Source: Macrostomum lignano
Lineage: Eukaryota
DNA: 64,000 nucleotides
Reading direction: 5' to 3'
Assembly: GCA_002269645.1 (NCBI GenBank)
Contig: NIVC01001340.1
Coordinates: 124,001 to 188,000 of the forward strand
Part shown: in pieces, positions 62,001-64,000 of the stretch
Numbering within the stretch: the first letter of the stretch is position 1
How the letters are laid out: each line of letters begins with the position of its first letter
The notes under the pieces: model-generated
What the model was told of the DNA's origin: nothing
The model's database searches: none
What the model saw: only the letters and a program-made list of their open reading frames with translations
Program-made: the position numbers and the translations under genes

Positions 62001-63855
62001 GATATTTGATCAGCTGCTGTGTTTTTGTTTTTCGTCTGAGCGTGAGGTAAGGCCGGCTGGTCTGTCTCGGGACAAAATTTGTGCCGTGACCAGGATAGCG
62101 TTGTCTGTGAGGGTGTTTATGAGAGGGGTGTTGTGAAAGTGTAAGCTAGTGTCGTTTTACGTCTTTGTTTTTCTGTCGGTGTCGAGCGTACGATTGCGCG
62201 CTGTCGTGATGGGGGACGAAGGTGTGAATAGGCTCGTGGACGTGGCTTTCGGCGTCAGTTCGTCGGTCGTTGCAGCAGGACATCAATGTGTGGCGCAGAA
62301 TGTACATGTATAGCGGCCAGCAAAGCCCCCGATGTACTAGCTTATACGAGCTACTGTATATGAGATAAAAACAATCAGATAAGGCACATTGCAAGGAATT
62401 TCCCGTCGGGAAACTTCAGCGGAGGTCCTGGGAAGGGGAGCCAGGGCCTCTGATCCAAGAAGCCGAACCTCCCCTAATTGGTGAGCTGGCCTAGCAGGAA
62501 GTCGAACGTCCGAGTCTGACAAATGCACCGACGACGATAACGAGAAACTGGTTCTTAGTTCCAGGTCGGGGGCTTTGGATTGTAGCAGGCCCAAGCCAAG
62601 ATTCCAATTTAGCCCAAAATTAATGACAGCACTAGAAGTCGAGCATGGCCGAACCGCTGTTAAACTAATTGGAACTAATTAATCGGCTTCGTTCGTCTCA
62701 GACAGAAACGAGCCCTCAGCCGCGACTGCCTAGAAACAGTTTTGAGGTGTGTTACTTATGATGTTGGCTGGCTGGGTATAGCGATACCTCAGGATTTAAA
62801 TCAGTTCAAATAGAAAGCCTCCTACATCTAAGTAGAAAGCGCTCGTCCGACGTGCTGATGCAGGTGACTAAATAATTGCACAGAGCCCTTTAACAAGTGA
62901 CCATTGTCAGCAAAAATTACATGTACTTCGTATCCAATTGTCGGCAACGAGCGCGTGCTCCAGTGAGGCAACGTTCGACCGTATCTCAATGAAAAGTACA
63001 TTGTAAGCGCCACCGCCACGTCTTTATATGTTTATTCGTGGTTGGTTTCGGTAATCGTATTGTGAGTAGGGCCGACTGAGTCAGCTGGGATGTGCAACGC
63101 GAACTCGCACGGCAGCATGAATTTAGACTCGGTTCGGCTAGGGCGGCAGAAGCCCTCCCGCGTTCGTTGCCCTCATGAAGTGTAGCGAACGAGGAATGAT
63201 CGCCCTTTGGTAGACGTCTCGGACACAGCAGCATAAATTGATGAATTGATGAGGATGAACTTTTTCGATTTTAATAATAATAGAATCGCAGCTGGGTTCT
63301 CATCGTCATCTTACATTCTTACTCGTAGCAGTCTATAGGTTAGGGTTTTTTCTTCTTAATTTTGGAGTTTTTAGCTATTCTGAATAAGGTATACTGTACT
63401 TCTTTTTTAATCTGTTTTTGTTTGCGTCTGCGGTCATACATCTCGTCTCAAATATCAATTTTGATTTACAACCACGCCAAAGCATTGGAAAGTGCAATCT
63501 TCAGACAATTTTTTCTCCAATTTTTTACTCATTTCGTGGTTTATGTTTGTCTATAGCCATAGAGATCTAGAACTAGAACCTAGCTACTAGATCTAGATTT
63601 CCTTGGCCTAGCTGTCATTTTGGCCCTCATTTTTTCTCTTCCATTCAACTATAATCACCACCCATCAAGCCCGGAGCGTACCATTCACGTCTTTCCCCCA
63701 AAGCCAAGAGTGTAGATCCATTGTCTCTGCCCCCCTCAAAGACATGAGTGTACATTCAATAAGTCTGGGGGATAGCTAGAGCTTTCATTGCAACCTGTAC
63801 ACTCATCACATGCGTGTTTTAGCTAGCTTGAACCATTTTAGTATAAGGATTCTAT

Positions 63856-64000
63856 CAAGGGCGGATCCAGAGGGGGGGGGCAAGGGGGCCATGGCCTCCC
63901 TCAGCCGCGGCCAAAAAAATTTCGGTCATACTTTTTTGGCCTGCTACTATGCCAGGTCTATTTTCCAATATGGGGTTGGTAACAGCTTGGCCCCCTCCTC
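63856..64000 (+). mobile_element. Possible left end of a small non-autonomous DNA element
   Basis: CAAGGGCGGATCCAGAGGGGGGGGGCAAGGGGGCCATGGCC resembles common invertebrate MITE termini; partner end not in the window. Confidence 0.3.

Noticed and set aside
62007-63850. Short ORFs in the right flank
   Set aside because: No recognisable domains, splice structure or repeats

Overview
Satellite-rich invertebrate (animal) genomic DNA. The GC-rich, poly-Q/poly-A coding style resembles the flatworm Macrostomum, but that is inference only. Bases 1-24500 are host sequence: a coiled-coil gene, a shrunken catalytically dead neprilysin-like gene, a two-exon TIPRL gene, Gypsy and LINE relics, and about 15 minisatellite arrays. 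Bases 24501-62000 are one Maverick/Polinton (adintovirus-like) element. It has ~690-bp TIRs starting AGTAG and a 6-bp GATATT target-site duplication. It carries genes for protein-primed PolB, rve integrase, cysteine protease, packaging ATPase, major and minor capsid, a parvovirus-type PLA2 and core-like proteins. The native element is ~14.8 kb and was inflated to 37.5 kb by two nested insertions. The first is a full-length RTE LINE with a 10-bp TSD in the minor capsid gene. The second is a 19,152-bp head-to-tail train of three non-autonomous Helitron-like elements in a coiled-coil gene. Removing either insertion exactly restores the interrupted reading frame. The Helitron train itself carries an ankyrin gene, a Crypton-type tyrosine recombinase with palindromic sites, MITEs, a decayed RTE with a 1.8-kb (GATA)n tail and satellites. 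Several Maverick genes are split by 1-bp indels at or near homopolymer runs, which may be assembly errors. All assignments come from motif reading by eye; no searches were run.
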